DNA from: an uncultured Pelagibacteraceae bacterium
GTDB lineage: Bacteria > Pseudomonadota > Alphaproteobacteria > Pelagibacterales > Pelagibacteraceae
Length of the DNA stretch: 64,000 bases
NCBI GenBank assembly: GCA_902636025.1
Contig: CACPQG010000001.1
Span: 131,770-195,769 of the forward strand
Reading direction: 5' to 3'
The notes beneath the pieces are model-generated. The model did not search any database, was not told the DNA's origin, and saw only the letters and a program-made list of their open reading frames with translations. Position numbers and translations under genes: made by a program. Numbering within the stretch: position 1 is the first letter of the stretch; each line of letters begins with the position of its first letter. Positions 30,471-43,253 of this stretch are shown here, in pieces.

Positions 30471-31872
30471 TATTTTGATTATTATATAATATTTGATTTT
30501 TTAATGTATCAATATTTGAGCATAGATCCTGATCATTTTTTTTAAGATTTTCGATTGTTTTTATAGAATGAATAACAGTCGTATGGTCTCTATTTGAAAA
30601 TTCCCTTCCTATTTCTGGTAAAGACTTAGACGTTAGAAGTTTTGTCAAATATATTGCAGTTTGCCTAGGTCTTACCAAGTACCTTGATCTTCTCGCAGAA
30701 AGCATTTCATTTTTAGAAATTTTAAAAAATTTACAAACCAAGGATTGAATTAAATCAACAGTAACTTTATTCTCTGAAAAATTAAGTAGATCTTTCAAAA
30801 CAATTTTTGTCTCAGAAATATTAGGGGTTTTATTATAAATTCTTGAAAAAGATACAATTCTATTTAACGCACCAACCAATTCTCTAATACTATTTTTTAT
30901 TTCTTTGCTTAAAAAAACTTGTATTTCATTACTTATATTTATCTGATTTGAATAATATTGTTTTAGTTCTTCAGATTTCAATTTGATTATTTTGTATCTT
31001 AATTCATAATCAGGGGGTTGAATATCAATTACTAAACCACCTGAAAATCTTGATTTGATACGCTCTTGAATTCTTAATAATTTATTTGGTGGTCGATCAC
31101 CTGATATAATAATTTTTGATCCCTTATCTAGCAATGAATTAAAAGTATGAAAGAATTCTTCTTGCATGGCCTCTTTACCATTCATAAATTGGATATCGTC
31201 AATTAAAAATACATCCGCATTTCGAAAGTAATCTTTAAATTTGACCATATCATTTGATTTAATTGACTTAACAAATTGATACATAAATCTTTCAGCTGAA
31301 ATCAACATTACTTTATTATGATCCTTTAATTTTAGGCCAATTGCATTTAACAAGTGAGTTTTACCCATGCCAACACCGCCATAAATATATAATGGGTTAT
31401 AATGAGAAGTATTCTCTGCAACTTTTTTAGATGCCTCATAAGCAAGCTTATTGCTTGAGCCCATAATAAAGTTATCAAAAGTCTTATTGGGATCTATTCT
31501 GTTATACTGAAATACAAAATCTTTAATAAAGGAAATATTATTTTTAGATGATTTTATATTTTCATCTGAAATTTTTAGATCATTTGGGGCTTTGCTGATT
31601 TCATTTACCGTAAGTTCAATTCTATTTATTTCTGATCTATAATTTTTTACTACACTTAATATTTGGTCTAAATATCTTGATGTGATCCAATCTCTTATAA
31701 AACGAGTAGTTACTGACAATAATATGTAATTATTAAATTCCTCTTCAAATGTAATCTTTCTGAGCCAACTATCATAAATATCATTGCCAAACTTTGTTTT
31801 TAATTCTAATTGTATTTTTTCCCAAGAAATTTTCAAATCTTGAGATGTGTTAAGAATATTTTTGTTTTTCAT
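30460..31872 (-). CDS. dnaA: Chromosomal replication initiator
   Basis: YNPLYIYGGVGMGKTHL, IDDIQF, QEEFFHTFN, RDHTTVIH. Confidence 0.98.
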   Translation of the reverse strand: MKNKNILNTSQDLKISWEKIQLELKTKFGNDIYDSWLRKITFEEEFNNYILLSVTTRFIRDWITSRYLDQILSVVKNYRSEINRIELTVNEISKAPNDLKISDENIKSSKNNISFIKDFVFQYNRIDPNKTFDNFIMGSSNKLAYEASKKVAENTSHYNPLYIYGGVGMGKTHLLNAIGLKLKDHNKVMLISAERFMYQFVKSIKSNDMVKFKDYFRNADVFLIDDIQFMNGKEAMQEEFFHTFNSLLDKGSKIIISGDRPPNKLLRIQERIKSRFSGGLVIDIQPPDYELRYKIIKLKSEELKQYYSNQINISNEIQVFLSKEIKNSIRELVGALNRIVSFSRIYNKTPNISETKIVLKDLLNFSENKVTVDLIQSLVCKFFKISKNEMLSARRSRYLVRPRQTAIYLTKLLTSKSLPEIGREFSNRDHTTVIHSIKTIENLKKNDQDLCSNIDTLKNQILYNNQNNEI

Positions 31873-32075
31873 GAAATGTAAATTTAAATTAGTTTAAATA
31901 CCTTTCAAAAATTTTTATCAACAAAAATTTAAATAATATTAAAAAAAAATAAAATCTATAAGTGTATTTATTTATTTGAAATTAAATCAGTAATAGAAAT
32001 TTTTTTTAAACTTTAAGTAGTAAAATTTTATAAATCAAAAAGAATTTTTTAAAAATTTTTCACTACCTCAGCCTG

Positions 32076-32117
32076 ACTATATTTAGTAGCCGATTAAAAA
32101 AAATAATTACATTTAGT
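32076..32117. promoter_or_regulatory. Candidate tandem NrdR-like boxes upstream of dnaA
   Basis: ACTATATTTAGT (32076-32087, exact core) and ATTACATTTAGT (32106-32117, one mismatch), 30 bp apart. Confidence 0.45.
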
Positions 32118-32159
32118 ACAAATTCAAAGTTGAAGAAATTTTTGTCGCTTAAAAGTTGT

Positions 32160-32420
32160 TTAAAGCGAATTTATTTTTTTTGTAAGTCTTGACAAGTTTC
32201 TAGATGCGTTTCTCTTTTTAATTATACCTGTCTTTGCAACCTTCATGATTTCAGAGTTCAATTTAGGTAAAAATTTTAGAGCCTCTGTTTTATTTTTTTT
32301 TTCAATTAAAACGTTTATTTTTTTAATGACATTTTTAAATCTGCTCTTTCTAAATTTATTAATTTTTGTCTCCCTAGAGATTTTTCTAGTTGTTTTAATT
32401 GCTGATTTTGTATTTGCCAT
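32160..32420 (-). CDS. rpsT: 30S ribosomal protein S20
   Basis: MANTKSAIK..., GIIKKRNASR; upstream of dnaA as in alphaproteobacteria. Confidence 0.95.
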   Translation of the reverse strand: MANTKSAIKTTRKISRETKINKFRKSRFKNVIKKINVLIEKKNKTEALKFLPKLNSEIMKVAKTGIIKKRNASRNLSRLTKKINSL

Positions 32421-32422
32421 TT

Positions 32423-32459
32423 CGCGTGGAGGTATAACTGCTCATGAAAGTCTGGTCAA
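32423..32459 (-). promoter_or_regulatory. rpsT sigma70 promoter with GC-rich discriminator
   Basis: TTGACC-17-TATACC followed by TCCACGCG, conspicuous in AT-rich DNA. Confidence 0.6.
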
Positions 32460-32472
32460 CTAATTAATTTTT

Positions 32473-33333
32473 TTATTTTTGACAAATATTACAATAGAAA
32501 GTCGACCTATTAGAAATAATGACCCTTGAAATTTTACCTCGACAATTAATTTTAAGACATTTTTTACCATCCCTTTTATAGACTTTGAAATAATTTTGAA
32601 AATTACCACTCTTTCCACTTATATGAACAAAATCTCTTATACTTGATCCACCTTGTTTAATTGCACTTCTTAATACAGATTTTGAAAAAAAAACTAAACG
32701 CTTAATCTCTTTTTTTGAGATATTTTTTGACTCTTTTAACGGATTGATTTTACATAAGTGTAGAATTTCACTGGCATAAATATTGCCAATACCTGATACA
32801 AATTTTTGATCTAATAAATAATTTTTAATATTCTTTTTTTTATTACTTAATTTTTTTTTTACATAAATGTAATCGAAATTCTTATCAAATGGTTCAATAG
32901 CATATTTTTTTACAAATTTTTCCAATTCTTTCTTATTATTAATTATTTTAAAGTAACCAAATCTTCTAGGATCGTTATAAATAACTTTGAAATTTTTAAA
33001 AATTAACTCAACATGATTATGTTTTTTTGGTAAAAATGGTGAGTGATAAAAGCTTGCATTAGTTATTTTATTTTTTTCATTTTTTAAAATATGAATAGTG
33101 CCTGACATTCCTAAATGTAAAATACAGTATTTACCTCTATTAAATTTCATAATTATAAATTTTGAAAACCTTGAAATATCTAAAATTTTCTTATTTTTAA
33201 GAATACTTTGAAAATTTGATGGTATTTTAAATCTTAAATTTCTATTTCTTATTATAACTTTTTTGATTTTTTTTGATTTTACCTTTTGAATAAGTGACTG
33301 TTTGACAACTTCTACTTCTGGCAATTCTGGCAT
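32473..33333 (-). CDS. mutM: Formamidopyrimidine-DNA glycosylase
   Basis: MPELPEVE, HLGMSG, DPRRFG, GIGNIYASE, C-terminal Zn finger. Confidence 0.97.
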   Translation of the reverse strand: MPELPEVEVVKQSLIQKVKSKKIKKVIIRNRNLRFKIPSNFQSILKNKKILDISRFSKFIIMKFNRGKYCILHLGMSGTIHILKNEKNKITNASFYHSPFLPKKHNHVELIFKNFKVIYNDPRRFGYFKIINNKKELEKFVKKYAIEPFDKNFDYIYVKKKLSNKKKNIKNYLLDQKFVSGIGNIYASEILHLCKINPLKESKNISKKEIKRLVFFSKSVLRSAIKQGGSSIRDFVHISGKSGNFQNYFKVYKRDGKKCLKINCRGKISRVIISNRSTFYCNICQK

Positions 33334-33367
33334 TTAATAATATATTATCAGAAAAGAAAAAAAAATA

Positions 33368-34072
33368 ATGAAACAAATTTTACAAAATCGAAAAGGTCTA
33401 GTTCAAAAAGTGTTTAATAAAGTTTCGAATAAATATGATCTAATGAATGATTTTATGTCATTTGGAATTCATAGAATTTGGAAAAAAGATCTAATTAATA
33501 TGATGTCTCCTTACAAAAACAGGAAGTTGATTGATGTTGCCTGTGGAACTGGTGATGTTGGTAAATTGTTCTTAGAAGCAGTAAATTATAAAGGTACTGT
33601 TTACAACGTAGACTCAAATAAAAATATGATTGAAGAAGGTAAGAAAAAGCATTGGAATATAAATAATATTAATTGGTTTGTTTGTAATGCTGAAAATTTA
33701 AGATTCAAAAATAATACTTTTGATTTCTATACGATCAGTTTTGGTTTAAGAAATACAAAAAATATTAATAAATCATTAAAAGAAGCTTTTAGAGTCTTAA
33801 AGCCAGGTGGTAGATTTCTTTGTTTAGAATTTTCAAAAGTACAGAATGAAAACCTTGAAAAACTTTATAAGAAATATTCAAAATTAATTCCAATAATAGG
33901 CGACTTTGTTGTAGGCGAAAAAGAACCCTACAATTATTTAATTCAAAGTATTGATAAGTTTATAAATCAGGAAGAACTTTTAGATTGTATGATTAAAAAC
34001 AATTTTGTTGAATGTAAGTATAAAAATCTCAATGGAGGAATAGTCGCTATACACTCTGGTTGGAAAGTTTAA
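33368..34072 (+). CDS. ubiE: Ubiquinone/menaquinone C-methyltransferase
   Basis: YDLMNDFMSFGIHRIWK, DVACGTGD, ISFGLRN. Confidence 0.96.
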   Translation: MKQILQNRKGLVQKVFNKVSNKYDLMNDFMSFGIHRIWKKDLINMMSPYKNRKLIDVACGTGDVGKLFLEAVNYKGTVYNVDSNKNMIEEGKKKHWNINNINWFVCNAENLRFKNNTFDFYTISFGLRNTKNINKSLKEAFRVLKPGGRFLCLEFSKVQNENLEKLYKKYSKLIPIIGDFVVGEKEPYNYLIQSIDKFINQEELLDCMIKNNFVECKYKNLNGGIVAIHSGWKV

Positions 34073-35640
34073 TGTTCAAAAAAATTTTTATTCTATTAAA
34101 GATTGCTAGAAGACTTGCTCTATCGGATGCAATTGAAATTATTTCTAAAATACATCAACCGCCAGTTATTTTAAAAGTTTTTTTAAAAATTTTTTCACTT
34201 TCTTTTTCAACAAGAGGTAACTTAGACAATAATAAATCAGATGAAGATAAATTATGTGAGTCCATTCAGGGAATGGGAACAACTTTTATTAAATTAGGAC
34301 AATTTTTAGCTACAAGACCCGATATTATAGGAGAGGATATTTCAAAAAAATTAGAAAAACTTCAGGACAGATTACCCCCATTTACAATGAAAGAAGCTAA
34401 AAATATTTTAAGAGAAAGTTTGGGCTCTGAAAATTTTAAAGATATTTTAAATCTAAGTGACCCAGTGGCTGCTGCTTCTATAGCCCAAGTACATAAAGCT
34501 CAGATAAATGAAAATGGCACAACAAAAGATGTTGCAATTAAAATATTAAGGCCTGAAATTAGAAAAGTTTTTAATGAAGAAATAGATGCCTTGATGCTTC
34601 TCGCATACATTGTTGAGAGTACCATAAAAAAAACAAAAAGACTTAAATTAGTGGAGGTTGTTTTTCTGTTGAAAGAAATTACTAACCATGAAATGGATTT
34701 GAGATTTGAGGCTGCGGCTGCTAATGAGTTTGCTGAAAATACAAAAAATGACTCTGGTTTTTTTGTGCCCAAAATTTATTGGAATTATACAAGTGAAAAG
34801 GTTTTAACTTTAGATTGGATCGAAGGTGTATCAATAAGAGAGAGAGATTTAATTAATCAAAAAAATATAGACGTTAAAAATATAGCCTCAAATATTATTC
34901 AACATTTTTTAAGACATGCAGTAAGAGATGGTTTTTTTCATGCAGACATGCATCAAGGTAATCTTTTTATTAACGAAAATGGACAGATAGTTCCGATAGA
35001 CTTTGGTATAATGGGAAGAATTGATAAACTTAATAGACGGTATCTTGCTGAAATATTATTTGGTTTTATCCAAAGAGATTATAAAAAAGTTGCTGAAGTA
35101 CATTTAGTAGCAGGCTTAGTGCCAAATAATGTGAATGTTGATGAGCTTGCACAAGCTTTGAGATCAATAGGCGAACCAATCTTTGGTCAATCAGTAAAAG
35201 ATATTTCAGGTGGTAGATTGCTTAAACAGCTTTTTGATATTACAGAAAAATTTAATATGACAACACAGCCTCAACTTTTATTGTTACAAAAAACAATGGT
35301 TGTAGTCGAGGGAGTTGCAAGAAAACTTAATCCAGAAACTAATATATGGGAAACTTCAAGACCAGTATTAGAAAAATGGTTGAGAGAAACAAAAGATCCG
35401 ATAAATAATTTAACTGAAACATTAAAAGACTCTGCAGAAGTTTTAAAAAAACTTCCCGAATTACCTCAAATGATGGAAAAGGCAAATCAAGCACTCACTT
35501 TTTTAGCTAGTGGTCAAATTCCGCAAAACACAAATTCTTACTCTGCAATGAAAAATAAAGAACTCGAGATGAAATCCTTTAGAAATCAAAGTATTATTGG
35601 TTTATTATTGCTTGTATTTATAGGTGTCATGGTATTTTAA
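34072..35640 (+). CDS. ubiB: Ubiquinone biosynthesis kinase-like protein
   Basis: FIKLGQ, AAASIAQVH, FFHADMHQGN, DFGIMG; ATG coupled to the ubiE stop. Confidence 0.96.
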   Translation: MFKKIFILLKIARRLALSDAIEIISKIHQPPVILKVFLKIFSLSFSTRGNLDNNKSDEDKLCESIQGMGTTFIKLGQFLATRPDIIGEDISKKLEKLQDRLPPFTMKEAKNILRESLGSENFKDILNLSDPVAAASIAQVHKAQINENGTTKDVAIKILRPEIRKVFNEEIDALMLLAYIVESTIKKTKRLKLVEVVFLLKEITNHEMDLRFEAAAANEFAENTKNDSGFFVPKIYWNYTSEKVLTLDWIEGVSIRERDLINQKNIDVKNIASNIIQHFLRHAVRDGFFHADMHQGNLFINENGQIVPIDFGIMGRIDKLNRRYLAEILFGFIQRDYKKVAEVHLVAGLVPNNVNVDELAQALRSIGEPIFGQSVKDISGGRLLKQLFDITEKFNMTTQPQLLLLQKTMVVVEGVARKLNPETNIWETSRPVLEKWLRETKDPINNLTETLKDSAEVLKKLPELPQMMEKANQALTFLASGQIPQNTNSYSAMKNKELEMKSFRNQSIIGLLLLVFIGVMVF

Positions 35641-35647
35641 TCTCACA

Positions 35648-36847
35648 ATGAGTGAATTAAAAAATAAAAAAGTTTTATTAGTAATAACAGGAGGAATTGC
35701 AGCCTATAAATCCTTGGAATTAATTAGACTTCTAAAGAAAAAAGGAAGTTTAGTTAAAACAATTCTATCAAAGAATGCTCATAAATTTGTAACACCTCTC
35801 TCAGTTACTTCACTATCTCAAGAAAAAGTTTATTCGAATTTATTTGACCCAACTTCTGAAACTGAAATGGATCATATTTCATTATCTAGATGGGCAGATA
35901 TAATATTAATTGCACCTGCAACTGCGAACATAATATCAAAAATTTCAAACGCTATCGCAGATGATTTAGCATCAACTGTACTTTTGGCTGCAGACAAGGA
36001 ATTTTTTATTGCTCCAGCAATGAATGTAAGAATGTGGGAAAATAAATCCAATAAAAACAATGTAAGTATTTTAAAAAATATGGGACATGAGTTTATTGGT
36101 CCAGATATAGGCGACATGGCATGTGGTGAATATGGTGAAGGTAAAATGACGGAGCCACCACAAATCATTATATATTTAGAGACAAAATTTAAAGAATTGA
36201 AAAAAAATAATGGCCTTAAGGCACTTATAACTGCCGGACCTACCAGAGAATTTATCGATCCAGTGAGATATATAACAAACAAATCAAGTGGAAAACAAGG
36301 ATATGAGATAGCAAATTCGCTCAGAAGAAATGGATTTAATACAACTCTTATAACTGGTCCTACTCAACTTAATCCAATTAAAGGAGTTAACACAATCAAT
36401 ATTGACTCAGCAAAAGAAATGTTTGATGCAGTAATTGAAAATCTACCAGTGGATGTTGCAATTTTCTCTGCTGCTGTTGCAGATTTTAAAGTCATGAATA
36501 TATCTGAAAATAAAATTAAAAATAAAGAAAATTACAATCTTAGTTTAGAAAAAAATATTGATATTCTAAAGCATATTTCAAACCATAATTCTTTAAGGCC
36601 TAAACTGGTGTTAGGTTTTTCAGCTGAGACAAATGATATAATCAAAAATTCACAAAAAAAAATTAATGAAAAAAACTGTGATTGGTTAATAGCAAACGAT
36701 GTTTCAAATCAAGAGATAGGTTTTGACTCTGATTTCAATGAGGTAAGCATCTTGTATAAAAATGGGAAAATTGAAAATATTTCCAAAGATAAAAAATCTG
36801 TAATTGCTAACAAAATTGTAAAAAAAATTGTTTCAAGTCTGGAATAA
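35648..36847 (+). CDS. coaBC: Phosphopantothenoylcysteine decarboxylase/ligase
   Basis: TGGIAAYK, APAMNVRMW, TAGPTREFIDPVRYITNKSSGKQG. Confidence 0.97.
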   Translation: MSELKNKKVLLVITGGIAAYKSLELIRLLKKKGSLVKTILSKNAHKFVTPLSVTSLSQEKVYSNLFDPTSETEMDHISLSRWADIILIAPATANIISKISNAIADDLASTVLLAADKEFFIAPAMNVRMWENKSNKNNVSILKNMGHEFIGPDIGDMACGEYGEGKMTEPPQIIIYLETKFKELKKNNGLKALITAGPTREFIDPVRYITNKSSGKQGYEIANSLRRNGFNTTLITGPTQLNPIKGVNTINIDSAKEMFDAVIENLPVDVAIFSAAVADFKVMNISENKIKNKENYNLSLEKNIDILKHISNHNSLRPKLVLGFSAETNDIIKNSQKKINEKNCDWLIANDVSNQEIGFDSDFNEVSILYKNGKIENISKDKKSVIANKIVKKIVSSLE

Positions 36848-36850
36848 CTA

Positions 36851-37288
36851 ATGGTTAAAGTTTTAGTTAAAAGACTTGACCCTAAAGTAAAGTTGCCAAA
36901 ATATAAAACTAGCGGCTCATCAGGGATGGATCTAATGGCATTTATTGAAAACCCAATTAAAATCAAGCCTGGAACATCAGCTTTAATTCCAACCGGAATC
37001 TCAATAGCGTTTCCTGAGGAATTTGAAGTACAAATAAGACCAAGATCTGGATTAGCAGCTAAACAAAGCATTAGTGTTCTTAACACTCCAGGAACTGTTG
37101 ATAGTGATTATCGAGGAGAACTTAAAGTAATAATCTTTAATCATGGTGAAAATGAATTTGTGGTAAACTGCGATGATAGAATAGCACAAATGATTCTCAC
37201 ACCAGTTTTAAAAATAGAATTTGAGGAAGTAAATGAACTTCCTGAAACTATTAGAGGAAGTGGAGGTTTTGGTTCTACTGGTAAATGA
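36851..37288 (+). CDS. dut: dUTPase
   Basis: RPRSGLA, GTVDSDYRGE, RGSGGFGSTG. Confidence 0.98.
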   Translation: MVKVLVKRLDPKVKLPKYKTSGSSGMDLMAFIENPIKIKPGTSALIPTGISIAFPEEFEVQIRPRSGLAAKQSISVLNTPGTVDSDYRGELKVIIFNHGENEFVVNCDDRIAQMILTPVLKIEFEEVNELPETIRGSGGFGSTGK

Positions 37289-38043
37289 GGAAAAATCTTA
37301 GCTCAAATCAAATAGAAAAATACTCAAGACAGATAGTTTTGAAAAATGTTGGAACGATAGGTCAAAAAAAAATACTTAGTTCAAATGTTTTAGTTGTAGG
37401 TGCAGGTGGTCTTGGCTGTCCAATTATTGATTATTTATCTAGAGCAGGGGTAGGCAGGATAGGTATAGTTGATTATGATAAAGTAGATTTATCGAACATA
37501 CATCGTCAATCAATTTATACATTTAAGGATGTTGGGAAATATAAAGTTGATGTATTAAAAAAAAAAATAATAGATATAAATCCTGATGTTAAAACGAAAA
37601 TTTATAAAAATAGAATTTCGAAAAAAAACGCATATAAAATATTAAATCAATTTGACATTATTGTAGATGGTTCAGACAATTTTAAGACAAAATTTTTATT
37701 AAATCAATTTGCAAATAAATTAAAAAAAATATTTATAGTTGGTGCTATAAGTAGATACGATGGTCATATTTTTTCTTTTAATTTTAAAAGTAGTAATGAG
37801 GCATGTTTAAAATGTTTCTATCAGTCTGAAGTTAATGAGGAAGGTTTAAACTGCGAAACTGATGGAATTTTAGGTCCTGTTGCAGGTATTGTAGGCAACA
37901 TACAGGCAAATGAAGTTCTTAAAAATATATTGGGTCTTAAAAATGAATTAACAAATAAAATTCTAATAATAAATCTTTTAAATTTAAGTTTTAGACAAAT
38001 AAGATTTTCAAAAAAAAAGAATTGTATATGTCGAAAAAAGTAA
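37285..38043 (+). CDS. MoeB/ThiF family adenylyltransferase
   Basis: YSRQ, GAGGLG, DLSNIHRQ, CLKC. Confidence 0.9.
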   Translation: MRKNLSSNQIEKYSRQIVLKNVGTIGQKKILSSNVLVVGAGGLGCPIIDYLSRAGVGRIGIVDYDKVDLSNIHRQSIYTFKDVGKYKVDVLKKKIIDINPDVKTKIYKNRISKKNAYKILNQFDIIVDGSDNFKTKFLLNQFANKLKKIFIVGAISRYDGHIFSFNFKSSNEACLKCFYQSEVNEEGLNCETDGILGPVAGIVGNIQANEVLKNILGLKNELTNKILIINLLNLSFRQIRFSKKKNCICRKK

Positions 38044-38468
38044 TTTTTTTTATTTTAATTTTTTTTTGTACAAACGCATTAAGTAATGAAAACTACTTTT
38101 TAATGCTTAAAAATTCTAAGGTAAATGTAAGAATGGGTCCAGGTTTAGATTATCCTGTAAAATTTATTTATAAAAAAAAGTATTTACCAGTAAAGGTCAT
38201 TGATAAAAAAGAGAACTTTCGAAAAGTAATTGACCACAAAAAAAATAGTGGGTGGATACACATCTCTCAATTGAAAAAAGTAAATTCTGTAATAGTTTTA
38301 TCAAACAGAATTCTTTTTAAAAAACCTACTTTTAACTCAAAACCTATTGCAAATTTAGAGAATGGTAGATTGCTTATATTAAAAAAATGTAAAAAAAATT
38401 GGTGTGAAGTTAGAAGTCAAAATTATTCAGGATGGATTAACATGGATAATGTATGGGGAAAAGACTAG
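38028..38468 (+). CDS. Secreted tandem bacterial SH3-domain protein
   Basis: Signal peptide, VNVRMGPGLDYP, GWIHISQL, WCEV..GWI. Confidence 0.85.
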   Translation: MSKKVIFFILIFFCTNALSNENYFLMLKNSKVNVRMGPGLDYPVKFIYKKKYLPVKVIDKKENFRKVIDHKKNSGWIHISQLKKVNSVIVLSNRILFKKPTFNSKPIANLENGRLLILKKCKKNWCEVRSQNYSGWINMDNVWGKD

Positions 38469-38719
38469 TATTTTTTTTTCTTACTTAATTTACTTGTCCA
38501 GATTTTATCTAGCACAAAGTACCATACAGCATTAGCTAAAGGCTCAACGATAGCATCTGTTAATGCGATCATAAACGATACGTCTGCTATTAACATTAAA
38601 ACTGTTATAGCAATTGCAAAATGTCCTATTGTATAGATTAAAGTTCTTAATAATGAACCCTTGTTACTATCATAAAACGATTTACTAGTTTGAAATATGC
38701 CTCTAGTTAGTTCAGTCAT
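38465..38719 (-). CDS. Small membrane protein, DUF2061-like
   Basis: RTLIYTIGH...VEPLANAVWYFVLDKIW pattern; 14 nt downstream of katG. Confidence 0.65.
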   Translation of the reverse strand: MTELTRGIFQTSKSFYDSNKGSLLRTLIYTIGHFAIAITVLMLIADVSFMIALTDAIVEPLANAVWYFVLDKIWTSKLSKKKKY

Positions 38720-38733
38720 AAGCTAATTATAGC

Positions 38734-40956
<2,223 letters not shown>

Positions 40957-40984
40957 TTAATGAGTTTGTGAAATATGTCAATAT

Positions 40985-41001
40985 ATTAGAATGATTCTAA
41001 A
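40985..41001. promoter_or_regulatory. Iron control element (ICE, Irr-binding site) at the katG promoter
   Basis: ATTAGAA-TGA-TTCTAAA versus consensus TTTAGAA-N3-TTCTAAA; adjacent to a minus-strand TTGACA (40981-40976); next to irr. Confidence 0.8.
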
Positions 41002-41045
41002 GTGTTTTTTTGTCCTACTCTATAAAATGTGAATGATAATAGTTA

Positions 41046-41459
41046 TTATTTATTAGAAACTTTTACTAAAACCTCTATAGATTTAATTTTTTTTCCTGGT
41101 AAGTTTTTTCTCAATTTTATTTCTTCGACATCTTTATCGTGAAAATCAATAAGTTCATTAGTATTCTCGTTATAAAAATGATGGTGATTTGTTACATTTG
41201 TATCGAAATAAGTTTTATCAGAATTTAATGAAATTTCCTTTATGTAGCCTTTGTTCTTAAAGGCATTTATTGTATTATAAATTGTAGCTTGAGATATTTT
41301 AATATCTAATTTCTTTTTTAAAATTTTTCGAAGATCTTCGATTGTAAAATGAAAAGTCTTTTTTCTATCAAATAGAATTTCACACATTTTTAATCTTTGC
41401 TTAGTTGGTCTTAAGCCTACAGATCTTAATTTTTCCTCAAAATGAGTATTATTATTCAT
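41046..41459 (-). CDS. irr: Iron response regulator (Fur family)
   Basis: GLRPTKQR, SQATIYNT, YFDTNVTNHHHFY; divergent from fabA as in alphaproteobacteria. Confidence 0.9.
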   Translation of the reverse strand: MNNNTHFEEKLRSVGLRPTKQRLKMCEILFDRKKTFHFTIEDLRKILKKKLDIKISQATIYNTINAFKNKGYIKEISLNSDKTYFDTNVTNHHHFYNENTNELIDFHDKDVEEIKLRKNLPGKKIKSIEVLVKVSNK

Positions 41460-41536
41460 TATTTAGCCTAATTTATCAGTTCAAATATAATTGTATATTG
41501 TAAATTATCTAAATACAGTATTAAAGAACAAATTTT

Positions 41537-42040
41537 ATGGAAAAAAAATCATCATACAATTACGATGACCTAATAAAGTGCGGTAATGGTGAGCTTTTTG
41601 GACTCGGGAATGCAAAACTTCCATTGCCACCAATGCTGATGTTTGACAGAATTACAGAAATTGAAGAAAATAAAGGTGCTTTTAAAAAAGGAGTTTTAAA
41701 AGCAGAACTAGACATTAAAAATGAATTGTGGTTTTTTGATTGTCATTTTAAAGGGGACCCAGTTATGCCTGGATGCTTAGGACTTGATGCAATGTGGCAA
41801 CTGGTTGGATTTTATTTAGGCTGGCTTGGAAACCCTGGAAGAGGTAGAGCGTTAGGAGTTGGGGCAGTTAAGTTTACAGGTGAAGTGTTAAAAAACGTGA
41901 AAATTGCAACATATGAAATTGATATGAAGAGAATTTTAGTTAAAGAGGGTACGACTGTAGGTTTAGCAAATGGTATTCTTAAAGCAGATGATAAAAAAAT
42001 ATATTCTGCTGAAAATTTGAAAGTTGGATTGTTTAAATAA
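41537..42040 (+). CDS. fabA: 3-hydroxyacyl-ACP dehydratase/isomerase
   Basis: [36 protein letters not shown]. Confidence 0.98.
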   Translation: MEKKSSYNYDDLIKCGNGELFGLGNAKLPLPPMLMFDRITEIEENKGAFKKGVLKAELDIKNELWFFDCHFKGDPVMPGCLGLDAMWQLVGFYLGWLGNPGRGRALGVGAVKFTGEVLKNVKIATYEIDMKRILVKEGTTVGLANGILKADDKKIYSAENLKVGLFK

Positions 42041-43251
42041 TGAAAAGAGTAGTAGTAACTGGAATTGGTGTAGTTTCTTGTTTAGGTAATAATCAAGAAG
42101 AAGTATACAATTCTCTGATAAACTCAAAATCAGGTATCACTTTTTCTGAAGAGTATAAAGAATTTAATCTTAAAAGCCATGTTCATGGGTTGCCAAATAT
42201 AAAGTTGGAGGATCACGTAGATAGAAAAGTTATTAGATTTATGGGAAAAGGTTCAGCTTATAATTACATAGCTATGAATGAAGCAGTAAAAGATTCTGGT
42301 TTAGATGAAAAAGACGTAAGTAATATTTCTACAGGAATGGTAATGGGATCAGGGGGGCCTTCAATTGAAAACGTTATTTTAGCTGCGGACAAAACTAGAG
42401 AAAAAAATCCAAAAAAAATGGGACCATTCGTTGTTCCAAGAACTATGGCAAGTACTGCATCTGCTACACTTGCTGTACCATTTAAAATTAAAGGTGTAAA
42501 TTATACTATAAGTTCTGCTTGTGCTACTAGTGGACACTGTATCGGTAATGCAATGGAATTAATCCAATTAGGAAAACAGAATATCATATTTGCAGGCGGT
42601 AGCGATGAAGTTCACTTTGCAATGACAGCAATGTTTGATGCGATGACGGCTTTATCATCTAAGTATAATGATACGCCAGATAAAGCATCAAGACCTTATG
42701 ATAAAACTAGAGATGGTTTTGTTATTTCAGGTGGTGGTGGTGTTTTGGTTCTAGAAGAATACGAACATGCAAAAGCAAGAGGTGCAAAAATTTATGCAGA
42801 ATTAACAGGCTACGGTGCAACGTCTGATGGTTACGATATGGTAGCTCCATCTGGTGAGGGTGCAGTTAGATGTATGCAGATGGCATTAAAAACAGCAAAA
42901 AGTAAAATTGATTATATTAATACTCACGGAACTTCTACACCTGTTGGAGATATAACTGAATTAAAAGCAGTAGGTGAAGTATTTAAGGATTATAAACCTA
43001 AAATAAGCTCAACTAAATCATTGTCTGGACATTCGTTAGGAGCTACTTCAGTTCATGAAGCTGTTTACAGTTTAATTATGATGAAAAATAATTTCATTTC
43101 GGCTTCTGCAAATATTATTGATATGGATGATGAAGCAAAAAAATATCCAATTGTTACAAAAGTAGAAAAAGATGTTCCTTTAAATTCAATTATGTCTAAT
43201 AGTTTTGGATTTGGTGGAACAAACGCAACCTTGGTTTTCGAGAAAGTTTAA
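42040..43251 (+). CDS. fabB: Beta-ketoacyl-ACP synthase I
   Basis: [27 protein letters not shown]. Confidence 0.96.
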   Translation: MKRVVVTGIGVVSCLGNNQEEVYNSLINSKSGITFSEEYKEFNLKSHVHGLPNIKLEDHVDRKVIRFMGKGSAYNYIAMNEAVKDSGLDEKDVSNISTGMVMGSGGPSIENVILAADKTREKNPKKMGPFVVPRTMASTASATLAVPFKIKGVNYTISSACATSGHCIGNAMELIQLGKQNIIFAGGSDEVHFAMTAMFDAMTALSSKYNDTPDKASRPYDKTRDGFVISGGGGVLVLEEYEHAKARGAKIYAELTGYGATSDGYDMVAPSGEGAVRCMQMALKTAKSKIDYINTHGTSTPVGDITELKAVGEVFKDYKPKISSTKSLSGHSLGATSVHEAVYSLIMMKNNFISASANIIDMDDEAKKYPIVTKVEKDVPLNSIMSNSFGFGGTNATLVFEKV

Positions 43252-43253
43252 CA

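Noticed and set aside
31873-32159. oriC upstream of dnaA
   Set aside because: Only one imperfect DnaA box is visible (TTATCAACA near 31915-31923), with no cluster; alphaproteobacterial origins are often not at dnaA.
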